From: Azolla caroliniana
Taxonomy: Eukaryota > Plantae > Polypodiophyta
NCBI GenBank assembly: GCA_043228905.1
Contig: JBHGNT010000120.1
Location: 11,234 to 75,233, forward strand
Direction: 5' to 3'
Length of the DNA stretch: 64,000 bases
The notes beneath the pieces are model-generated. The model was not told the DNA's origin. It searched no databases and worked only from the letters and a program-made list of their open reading frames with translations. The position numbers were made by a program, and so were the translations under genes. Numbering within the stretch: the stretch's first letter is position 1; the number at the start of each line of letters is the position of its first letter. Below, piece by piece: positions 1 through 9,877 of this stretch.

Positions 1-4
1 CGAA

Positions 5-77
5 GATCCTATGGCCTAATGGATAAGGCGTTGGTCTTCGAAACCAAAGATTCTAGGTTCGACCCCTAGTAGGATCG
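5..77 (+). tRNA. tRNA-Arg(TCG), unit 1
   Basis: Cloverleaf: acceptor GATCCTA/TAGGATC, D arm GCCT-AATGGATA-AGGC, anticodon arm TTGGT-CT TCG AA-ACCAA, variable loop AGATT, T arm CTAGG-TTCGACC-CCTAG, discriminator G. No CCA, no intron. Confidence 0.97.
12..66 (+). promoter_or_regulatory. Pol III type-2 internal promoter (A box 12-22, B box 56-66); present in every tRNA copy
   Basis: TGGCCTAATGG matches TRGCNNARYGG; GGTTCGACCCC matches GGTTCGANNCC. Confidence 0.8.
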
Positions 78-180
78 GTTTAGAATCGTGACCCTAGTGT
101 ACGTCGACATCAAGAACACGACGACCAAGGATCATTCACGGAGTCATAATGCGCATCCGTCTCGACCGTCTAGAAAATGC

Positions 181-203
181 GCGGATCTTGTATCCGCTGT
201 TTT
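181..203 (+). terminator. Hairpin followed by the first T4 run downstream of tRNA-Arg(TCG); candidate Pol III terminator (each unit)
   Basis: GCGGAT-CTTGT-ATCCGC stem followed by TGTTTT; T4 at 200-203. Confidence 0.35.
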
Positions 204-353
204 GGCTTAATGGATGCATTCATTTACGAGGATGATGATGTTTAATAGGTAAAAGAAATGGAACGGTTTATCCGGCACAAATTCCTCATCAAAAGTGCAT
301 CGCATGTCCATCGCGATCCTCAATGGAAGTACATTTTCCAATGGAAAACCGAA

Positions 354-426
354 GATCCTATGGCCCAATGGATAAGGCGCTGGTCTACGAAACCAGAGAT
401 TCTAGGTTCGATCCCTGGTAGGATCG
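354..426 (+). tRNA. tRNA-Arg(ACG), unit 1
   Basis: Cloverleaf: acceptor GATCCTA/TAGGATC, D arm GCCC-AATGGATA-AGGC, anticodon arm CTGGT-CT ACG AA-ACCAG, T arm CTAGG-TTCGATC-CCTGG, discriminator G. A34 is normally edited to inosine. Confidence 0.97.
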
Positions 427-971
427 ATTAGGATTAGGTTCCGCTTCTCGAGAATCGGAATACAACGAGACTGTTGCGCAATCAATACATGCGTGGATCC
501 CTTGGGGAAGGGATAACATCGCGTATTTGAACGTAATCATCGATCACGACGATGCCGTTCACATATTTCTGATGCGCATTCGCTCGAGGGAACATATGAA
601 CAATGCCTTTCTTGCTTACGCTCGCCGTGCTCCTGTCTGGCCTGGTTTGAATACAAGCGAGTAGACGCAAGAATGTGATGACGCCCAGTCGTTGTATGAT
701 GTGTATTTGGACGTGGTCCTCAACAAGGATGACGTCGTTTGAAATTTAGAAACAATCTACACGAAGGCCACCGCTAAGACGTCGCATGCGCGATACTCTT
801 CATTTGGTTAGAGTAGAATGCGCGTATTCGAGATTCAACGATGCAAATTTACGTACGAGTGGAAGAACCTAGCGGCCGGTATCATGAGACGAGAACGGTA
901 TCTACACATCGGAGATTGACAGTTTGAGACGAAAACTCTTCTCGAAGGTCATTTGTATGGTTCATGCATGC

Positions 972-975
972 TTTT
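972..975 (+). terminator. First T4 run downstream of tRNA-Arg(ACG); candidate Pol III terminator (each unit)
   Basis: No run of 4 or more T between 427 and 971; TTTT at 972-975. Confidence 0.25.
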
Positions 976-1189
976 CTATGGATTGCATTGCATGCGTCAC
1001 ACCGCATACCTTTATCCGATAAACCCATTTAAGCGCATCTCCGTAATGTGGCGAGTAATAGAATGGTAAGGTAAGTGACAAGAGATCCCATGAAAAATAC
1101 GATGATCAAGAAATATGATGAGAAATGAGAGATCCTATCCGATCACGTGCGAGATCTTCATTCCTTTCACGTTTCGATGAATGGTCGAA

Positions 1190-1262
1190 GATCCTATGGC
1201 CTAATGGATAAGGCGTTGGTCTTCGAAACCAAAGATTCTAGGTTCGACCCCTAGTAGGATCG
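1190..1262 (+). tRNA. tRNA-Arg(TCG), unit 2
   Basis: Copy of unit 1 gene. Confidence 0.96.
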
Positions 1263-1538
1263 GTTTAGAATCGTGACCCTAGTGTACGTCGACATCAAGA
1301 ACACGACGACCAAGGATCATTCACGGAGTCATAATGCGCATCCGTCTCGACCGTCTAGAAAATGCGCGGATCTTGTATCCGCTGTTTTGGCTTAATGGAT
1401 GCATTCATTTACGAGGATGATGATGTTTAATAGGTAAAAGAAATGGAACGGTTTATCCGGCACAAATTCCTCATCAAAAGTGCATCGCATGTCCATCGCG
1501 ATCCTCAATGGAAGTACATTTTCCAATGGAAAACCGAA

Positions 1539-1611
1539 GATCCTATGGCCCAATGGATAAGGCGCTGGTCTACGAAACCAGAGATTCTAGGTTCGATCCC
1601 TGGTAGGATCG
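1539..1611 (+). tRNA. tRNA-Arg(ACG), unit 2
   Basis: Copy of unit 1 gene. Confidence 0.96.
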
Positions 1612-2374
1612 ATTAGGATTAGGTTCCGCTTCTCGAGAATCGGAATACAACGAGACTGTTGCGCAATCAATACATGCGTGGATCCCTTGGGGAAGGGATA
1701 ACATCGCGTATTTGAACGTAATCATCGATCACGACGATGCCGTTCACATATTTCTGATGCGCATTCGCTCGAGGGAACATATGAACAATGCCTTTCTTGC
1801 TTACGCTCGCCGTGCTCCTGTCTGGCCTGGTTTGAATACAAGCGAGTAGACGCAAGAATGTGATGACGCCCAGTCGTTGTATGATGTGTATTTGGACGTG
1901 GTCCTCAACAAGGATGACGTCGTTTGAAATTTAGAAACAATCTACACGAAGGCCACCGCTAAGACGTCGCATGCGCGATACTCTTCATTTGGTTAGAGTA
2001 GAATGCGCGTATTCGAGATTCAACGATGCAAATTTACGTACGAGTGGAAGAACCTAGCGGCCGGTATCATGAGACGAGAACGGTATCTACACATCGGAGA
2101 TTGACAGTTTGAGACGAAAACTCTTCTCGAAGGTCATTTGTATGGTTCATGCATGCTTTTCTATGGATTGCATTGCATGCGTCACACCGCATACCTTTAT
2201 CCGATAAACCCATTTAAGCGCATCTCCGTAATGTGGCGAGTAATAGAATGGTAAGGTAAGTGACAAGAGATCCCATGAAAAATACGATGATCAAGAAATA
2301 TGATGAGAAATGAGAGATCCTATCCGATCACGTGCGAGATCTTCATTCCTTTCACGTTTCGATGAATGGTCGAA

Positions 2375-2447
2375 GATCCTATGGCCTAATGGATAAGGCG
2401 TTGGTCTTCGAAACCAAAGATTCTAGGTTCGACCCCTAGTAGGATCG
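2375..2447 (+). tRNA. tRNA-Arg(TCG), unit 3
   Basis: Copy of unit 1 gene. Confidence 0.96.
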
Positions 2448-2723
2448 GTTTAGAATCGTGACCCTAGTGTACGTCGACATCAAGAACACGACGACCAAGG
2501 ATCATTCACGGAGTCATAATGCGCATCCGTCTCGACCGTCTAGAAAATGCGCGGATCTTGTATCCGCTGTTTTGGCTTAATGGATGCATTCATTTACGAG
2601 GATGATGATGTTTAATAGGTAAAAGAAATGGAACGGTTTATCCGGCACAAATTCCTCATCAAAAGTGCATCGCATGTCCATCGCGATCCTCAATGGAAGT
2701 ACATTTTCCAATGGAAAACCGAA

Positions 2724-2796
2724 GATCCTATGGCCCAATGGATAAGGCGCTGGTCTACGAAACCAGAGATTCTAGGTTCGATCCCTGGTAGGATCG
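2724..2796 (+). tRNA. tRNA-Arg(ACG), unit 3
   Basis: Copy of unit 1 gene. Confidence 0.96.
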
Positions 2797-3531
2797 ATTA
2801 GGATTAGGTTCCGCTTCTCGAGAATCGGAATACAACGAGACTGTTGCGCAATCAATACATGCGTGGATCCCTTGGGGAAGGGATAACATCGCGTATTTGA
2901 ACGTAATCATCGATCACGACGATGCCGTTCACATATTTCTGATGCGCATTCGCTCGAGGGAACATATGAACAATGCCTTTCTTGCTTACGCTCGCCGTGC
3001 TCCTGTCTGGCCTGGTTTGAATACAAGCGAGTAGACGCAAGAATGTGATGACGCCCAGTCGTTGTATGATGTGTATTTGGACGTGGTCCTCAACAAGGAT
3101 GACGTCGTTTGAAATTTAGAAACAATCTACACGAAGGCCACCGCTAAGACGTCGCATGCGCGATACTCTTCATTTGGTTAGAGTAGAATGCGCGTATTCG
3201 AGATTCAACGATGCAAATTTACGTACGAGTGGAAGAACCTAGCGGCCGGTATCATGAGACGAGAACGGTATCTACACATCGGAGATTGACTCATTTGTAT
3301 GGTTCATGCATGCTTTTCTATGGATTGCATTGCATGCGTCACACCGCATACCTTTATCCGATAAACCCATTTAAGCGCATCTCCGTAATGTGGCGAGTAA
3401 TAGAATGGTAAGGTAAGTGACAAGAGATCCCATGAAAAATACGATGATCAAGAAATATGATGAGAAATGAGAGATCCTATCCGATCACGTGCGAGATCTT
3501 CATTCCTTTCACGTTTCGATGAATGGTCGAA

Positions 3532-3604
3532 GATCCTATGGCCTAATGGATAAGGCGTTGGTCTTCGAAACCAAAGATTCTAGGTTCGACCCCTAGTAGG
3601 ATCG
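3532..3604 (+). tRNA. tRNA-Arg(TCG), unit 4
   Basis: Copy of unit 1 gene. Confidence 0.96.
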
Positions 3605-3880
3605 GTTTAGAATCGTGACCCTAGTGTACGTCGACATCAAGAACACGACGACCAAGGATCATTCACGGAGTCATAATGCGCATCCGTCTCGACCGTCTAG
3701 AAAATGCGCGGATCTTGTATCCGCTGTTTTGGCTTAATGGATGCATTCATTTACGAGGATGATGATGTTTAATAGGTAAAAGAAATGGAACGGTTTATCC
3801 GGCACAAATTCCTCATCAAAAGTGCATCGCATGTCCATCGCGATCCTCAATGGAAGTACATTTTCCAATGGAAAACCGAA

Positions 3881-3953
3881 GATCCTATGGCCCAATGGAT
3901 AAGGCGCTGGTCTACGAAACCAGAGATTCTAGGTTCGATCCCTGGTAGGATCG
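3881..3953 (+). tRNA. tRNA-Arg(ACG), unit 4
   Basis: Copy of unit 1 gene. Confidence 0.96.
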
Positions 3954-4716
3954 ATTAGGATTAGGTTCCGCTTCTCGAGAATCGGAATACAACGAGACTG
4001 TTGCGCAATCAATACATGCGTGGATCCCTTGGGGAAGGGATAACATCGCGTATTTGAACGTAATCATCGATCACGACGATGCCGTTCACATATTTCTGAT
4101 GCGCATTCGCTCGAGGGAACATATGAACAATGCCTTTCTTGCTTACGCTCGCCGTGCTCCTGTCTGGCCTGGTTTGAATACAAGCGAGTAGACGCAAGAA
4201 TGTGATGACGCCCAGTCGTTGTATGATGTGTATTTGGACGTGGTCCTCAACAAGGATGACGTCGTTTGAAATTTAGAAACAATCTACACGAAGGCCACCG
4301 CTAAGACGTCGCATGCGCGATACTCTTCATTTGGTTAGAGTAGAATGCGCGTATTCGAGATTCAACGATGCAAATTTACGTACGAGTGGAAGAACCTAGC
4401 GGCCGGTATCATGAGACGAGAACGGTATCTACACATCGGAGATTGACAGTTTGAGACGAAAACTCTTCTCGAAGGTCATTTGTATGGTTCATGCATGCTT
4501 TTCTATGGATTGCATTGCATGCGTCACACCGCATACCTTTATCCGATAAACCCATTTAAGCGCATCTCCGTAATGTGGCGAGTAATAGAATGGTAAGGTA
4601 AGTGACAAGAGATCCCATGAAAAATACGATGATCAAGAAATATGATGAGAAATGAGAGATCCTATCCGATCACGTGCGAGATCTTCATTCCTTTCACGTT
4701 TCGATGAATGGTCGAA

Positions 4717-4789
4717 GATCCTATGGCCTAATGGATAAGGCGTTGGTCTTCGAAACCAAAGATTCTAGGTTCGACCCCTAGTAGGATCG
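4717..4789 (+). tRNA. tRNA-Arg(TCG), unit 5
   Basis: Copy of unit 1 gene. Confidence 0.96.
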
Positions 4790-5065
4790 GTTTAGAATCG
4801 TGACCCTAGTGTACGTCGACATCAAGAACACGACGACCAAGGATCATTCACGGAGTCATAATGCGCATCCGTCTCGACCGTCTAGAAAATGCGCGGATCT
4901 TGTATCCGCTGTTTTGGCTTAATGGATGCATTCATTTACGAGGATGATGATGTTTAATAGGTAAAAGAAATGGAACGGTTTATCCGGCGCAAATTCCTCA
5001 TCAAAAGTGCATCGCATGTCCATCGCGATCCTCAATGGAAGTACATTTTCCAATGGAAAACCGAA

Positions 5066-5138
5066 GATCCTATGGCCCAATGGATAAGGCGCTGGTCTAC
5101 GAAACCAGAGATTCTAGGTTCGATCCCTGGTAGGATCG
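5066..5138 (+). tRNA. tRNA-Arg(ACG), unit 5
   Basis: Copy of unit 1 gene. Confidence 0.96.
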
Positions 5139-5901
5139 ATTAGGATCAGGTTCCGCTTCTCGAGAATCGGAATACAACGAGACTGTTGCGCAATCAATAC
5201 ATGCGTGGATCCCTTGGGGAAGGGATAACATCGCGTATTTGAACGTAATCATCGATCACGACGATGCCGTTCACATATTTCTGATGCGCATTCGCTCGAG
5301 GGAACATATGAACAATGCCTTTCTTGCTTACGCTCGCCGTGCTCCTGTCTGGCCTGGTTTGAATACAAGCGAGTAGACGCAAGAATGTGATGACGCCCAG
5401 TCGTTGTATGATGTGTATTTGGACGTGGTCCTCAACAAGGATGACGTCGTTTGAAATTTAGAAACAATCTACACGAAGGCCACCGCTAAGACGTCGCATG
5501 CGCGATACTCTTCATTTGGTTAGAGTAGAATGCGCGTATTCGAGATTCAACGATGCAAATTTACGTACGAGTGGAAGAACCTAGCGGCCGGTATCATGAG
5601 ACGGGAACGGTATCTACACATCGGAGATTGACAGTTTGAGACGAAAACTCTTCTCGAAGGTCATTTGTATGGTTCATGCATGCTTTTCTATGGATTGCAT
5701 TGCATGCGTCACACCGCATACCTTTATCCGATAAACCCATTTAAGCGCATCTCCGTAATGTGGCGAGTAATAGAATGGTAAGGTAAGTGACAAGAGATCC
5801 CATGAAAAATACGATGATCAAGAAATATGATGAGAAATGAGAGATCCTATCCGATCACGTGCGAGATCTTCATTCCTTTCACGTTTCGATGAATGGTCGA
5901 A

Positions 5902-5974
5902 GATCCTATGGCCTAATGGATAAGGCGTTGGTCTTCGAAACCAAAGATTCTAGGTTCGACCCCTAGTAGGATCG
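5902..5974 (+). tRNA. tRNA-Arg(TCG), unit 6
   Basis: Copy of unit 1 gene. Confidence 0.96.
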
Positions 5975-6250
5975 GTTTAGAATCGTGACCCTAGTGTACG
6001 TCGACATCAAGAACACGACGACCAAGGATCATTCACGGAGTCATAATGCGCATCCGTCTCGACCGTCTAGAAAATGCGCGGATCTTGTATCCGCTGTTTT
6101 GGCTTAATGGATGCATTCATTTACGAGGATGATGATGTTTAATAGGTAAGAGAAATGGAACGGTTTATCCGGCACAAATTCCTCATCAAAAGTGCATCGC
6201 ATGTCCATCGCGATCCTCAATGGAAGTACATTTTCCAATGGAAAACCGAA

Positions 6251-6323
6251 GATCCTATGGCCCAATGGATAAGGCGCTGGTCTACGAAACCAGAGATTCT
6301 AGGTTCGATCCCTGGTAGGATCG
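6251..6323 (+). tRNA. tRNA-Arg(ACG), unit 6
   Basis: Copy of unit 1 gene. Confidence 0.96.
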
Positions 6324-7085
6324 ATTAGGATCAGGTTCCGCTTCTCGAGAATCGGAATACAACGAGACTGTTGCGCAATCAATACATGCGTGGATCCCTT
6401 GGGGAAGGGATAACATCGCGTATTTGAACGTAATCATCGATCACGACGATGCCGTTCACATATTTCTGATGCGCATTCGCTCGAGGGAACATATGAACAA
6501 TCCCTTTCTTGCTTACGCTCGCCGTGCTCCTGTCTGGCCTGGTTTGAATACAAGCGAGTAGACGCAAGAATGTGATGACGCCCAGTCGTTGTATGATGTG
6601 TATTTGGACGTGGTCCTCAACAAGGATGACGTCGTTTGAAATTTAGAAACAATCTACACGAAGGCCACCGCTAAGACGTCGCATGCGCGATACTCTTCAT
6701 TTGGTTAGAGTAGAATGCGCGTATTCGAGATTCAACGATGCAAATTTACGTACGAGTGGAAGAACCTAGCGGCCGGTATCATGAGACGGGAACGGTATCT
6801 ACACATCGGAGATTGACAGTTTGAGACGAAAACTCTTCTCGAAGGTCATTTGTATGGTTCATGCATGCTTTTCTATGGATTGCATTGCATGCGTCACACC
6901 GCATACCTTTATCCGATAAACCCATTTAAGCGCATCTCCGTAATGTGGCGAGTAATAGAATGGTAAGGTAAGTGACAAGAGATCCCATGAAAAATACGAT
7001 GATCAAGAAATATGATGAGAAATGAGAGATCCTATCCGATCACGTGCGAGATCTTCATTCCTTCACGTTTCGATGAATGGTCGAA

Positions 7086-7158
7086 GATCCTATGGCCTAA
7101 TGGATAAGGCGTTGGTCTTCGAAACCAAAGATTCTAGGTTCGACCCCTAGTAGGATCG
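7086..7158 (+). tRNA. tRNA-Arg(TCG), unit 7
   Basis: Copy of unit 1 gene. Confidence 0.96.
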
Positions 7159-7434
7159 GTTTAGAATCGTGACCCTAGTGTACGTCGACATCAAGAACAC
7201 GACGACCAAGGATCATTCACGGAGTCATAATGCGCATCCGTCTCGACCGTCTAGAAAATGCGCGGATCTTGTATCCGCTGTTTTGGCTTAATGGATGCAT
7301 TCATTTACGAGGATGATGATGTTTAATAGGTAAGAGAAATGGAACGGTTTATCCGGCGCAAATTCCTCATCAAAAGTGCATCGCATGTCCATCGCGATCC
7401 TCAATGGAAGTACATTTTCCAATGGAAAACCGAA

Positions 7435-7507
7435 GATCCTATGGCCCAATGGATAAGGCGCTGGTCTACGAAACCAGAGATTCTAGGTTCGATCCCTGGT
7501 AGGATCG
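7435..7507 (+). tRNA. tRNA-Arg(ACG), unit 7
   Basis: Copy of unit 1 gene. Confidence 0.96.
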
Positions 7508-8270
7508 ATTAGGATCAGGTTCCGCTTCTCGAGAATCGGAATACAACGAGACTGTTGCGCAATCAATACATGCGTGGATCCCTTGGGGAAGGGATAACAT
7601 CGCGTATTTGAACGTAATCATCGATCACGACGATGCCGTTCACATATTTCTGATGCGCATTCGCTCGAGGGAACATATGAACAATGCCTTTCTTGCTTAC
7701 GCTCGCCGTGCTCCTGTCTGGCCTGGTTTGAATACAAGCGAGTAGACGCAAGAATGTGATGACGCCCAGTCGTTGTATGATGTGTATTTGGACGTGGTCC
7801 TCAACAAGGATGACGTCGTTTGAAATTTAGAAACAATCTACACGAAGGCCACCGCTAAGACGTCGCATGCGCGATACTCTTCATTTGGTTAGAGTAGAAT
7901 GCGCGTATTCGAGATTCAACGATGCAAATTTACGTACGAGTGGAAGAACCTAGCGGCCGGTATCATGAGACGGGAACGGTATCTACACATCGGAGATTGA
8001 CAGTTTGAGACGAAAACTCTTCTCGAAGGTCATTTGTATGGTTCATGCATGCTTTTCTATGGATTGCATTGCATGCGTCACACCGCATACCTTTATCCGA
8101 TAAACCCATTTAAGCGCATCTCCGTAATGTGGCGAGTAATAGAATGGTAAGGTAAGTGACAAGAGATCCCATGAAAAATACGATGATCAAGAAATATGAT
8201 GAGAAATGAGAGATCCTATCCGATCACGTGCGAGATCTTCATTCCTTTCACGTTTCGATGAATGGTCGAA

Positions 8271-8343
8271 GATCCTATGGCCTAATGGATAAGGCGTTGG
8301 TCTTCGAAACCAAAGATTCTAGGTTCGACCCCTAGTAGGATCG
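8271..8343 (+). tRNA. tRNA-Arg(TCG), unit 8
   Basis: Copy of unit 1 gene. Confidence 0.96.
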
Positions 8344-8619
8344 GTTTAGAATCGTGACCCTAGTGTACGTCGACATCAAGAACACGACGACCAAGGATCA
8401 TTCACGGAGTCATAATGCGCATCCGTCTCGACCGTCTAGAAAATGCGCGGATCTTGTATCCGCTGTTTTGGCTTAATGGATGCATTCATTTACGAGGATG
8501 ATGATGTTTAATAGGTAAAAGAAATGGAACGGTTTATCCGGCGCAAATTCCTCATCAAAAGTGCATCGCATGTCCATCGCGATCCTCAATGGAAGTACAT
8601 TTTCCAATGGAAAACCGAA

Positions 8620-8692
8620 GATCCTATGGCCCAATGGATAAGGCGCTGGTCTACGAAACCAGAGATTCTAGGTTCGATCCCTGGTAGGATCG
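8620..8692 (+). tRNA. tRNA-Arg(ACG), unit 8
   Basis: Copy of unit 1 gene. Confidence 0.96.
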
Positions 8693-9455
8693 ATTAGGAT
8701 CAGGTTCCGCTTCTCGAGAATCGGAATACAACGAGACTGTTGCGCAATCAATACATGCGTGGATCCCTTGGGGAAGGGATAACATCGCGTATTTGAACGT
8801 AATCATCGATCACGACGATGCCGTTCACATATTTCTGATGCGCATTCGCTCGAGGGAACATATGAACAATGCCTTTCTTGCTTACGCTCGCCGTGCTCCT
8901 GTCTGGCCTGGTTTGAATACAAGCGAGTAGACGCAAGAATGTGATGACGCCCAGTCGTTGTATGATGTGTATTTGGACGTGGTCCTCAACAAGGATGACG
9001 TCGTTTGAAATTTAGAAACAATCTACACGAAGGCCACCGCTAAGACGTCGCATGCGCGATACTCTTCATTTGGTTAGAGTAGAATGCGCGTATTCGAGAT
9101 TCAACGATGCAAATTTACGTACGAGTGGAAGAACCTAGCGGCCGGTATCATGAGACGGGAACGGTATCTACACATCGGAGATTGACAGTTTGAGACGAAA
9201 ACTCTTCTCGAAGGTCATTTGTATGGTTCATGCATGCTTTTCTATGGATTGCATTGCATGCGTCACACCGCATACCTTTATCCGATAAACCCATTTAAGC
9301 GCATCTCCGTAATGTGGCGAGTAATAGAATGGTAAGGTAAGTGACAAGAGATCCCATGAAAAATACGATGATCAAGAAATATGATGAGAAATGAGAGATC
9401 CTATCCGATCACGTGCGAGATCTTCATTCCTTTCACGTTTCGATGAATGGTCGAA

Positions 9456-9528
9456 GATCCTATGGCCTAATGGATAAGGCGTTGGTCTTCGAAACCAAAG
9501 ATTCTAGGTTCGACCCCTAGTAGGATCG
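9456..9528 (+). tRNA. tRNA-Arg(TCG), unit 9
   Basis: Copy of unit 1 gene. Confidence 0.96.
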
Positions 9529-9804
9529 GTTTAGAATCGTGACCCTAGTGTACGTCGACATCAAGAACACGACGACCAAGGATCATTCACGGAGTCATAA
9601 TGCGCATCCGTCTCGACCGTCTAGAAAATGCGCGGATCTTGTATCCGCTGTTTTGGCTTAATGGATGCATTCATTTACGAGGATGATGATGTTTAATAGG
9701 TAAGAGAAATGGAACGGTTTATCCGGCGCAAATTCCTCATCAAAAGTGCATCGCATGTCCATCGCGATCCTCAATGGAAGTACATTTTCCAATGGAAAAC
9801 CGAA

Positions 9805-9877
9805 GATCCTATGGCCCAATGGATAAGGCGCTGGTCTACGAAACCAGAGATTCTAGGTTCGATCCCTGGTAGGATCG
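9805..9877 (+). tRNA. tRNA-Arg(ACG), unit 9
   Basis: Copy of unit 1 gene. Confidence 0.96.

Noticed and set aside
426-440. TTAGG-like telomeric repeat or telomerase template
   Set aside because: Only two hexamers, variable between units and explained by similarity to the tRNA 3' end.
482-670. 62-aa minus-strand ORF repeated in every unit
   Set aside because: Starts at TTG, is short and has no recognisable domain. Its conservation follows from repeat homogeneity. The one synonymous variant (6502) is not evidence of coding selection.
996-1079. Faint 5S rRNA-like words (CACCG...ATCCGA...TTAAGCG...GGCGAGTA) with closing GTCAC/GTGAC pairing
   Set aside because: Spacing, helix I and the AGTACT/C-box region do not fit 5S, and there is no terminator. 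cmsearch with RF00001 would settle it.
1065-1080. Perfect splice donor AAG/GTAAGT, suggesting a spliced-leader RNA gene
   Set aside because: No U-rich Sm site downstream and no known SL exon sequence upstream.
232-1120. Box C motifs RTGATGA (232, 675, 1114) suggesting C/D snoRNAs
   Set aside because: The only + strand CTGA (569-572) is not suitably placed downstream of any of them, and there is no terminal stem.
3211-3411. 66-aa ORF in unit 3
   Set aside because: By-product of the 28-bp deletion frameshift.
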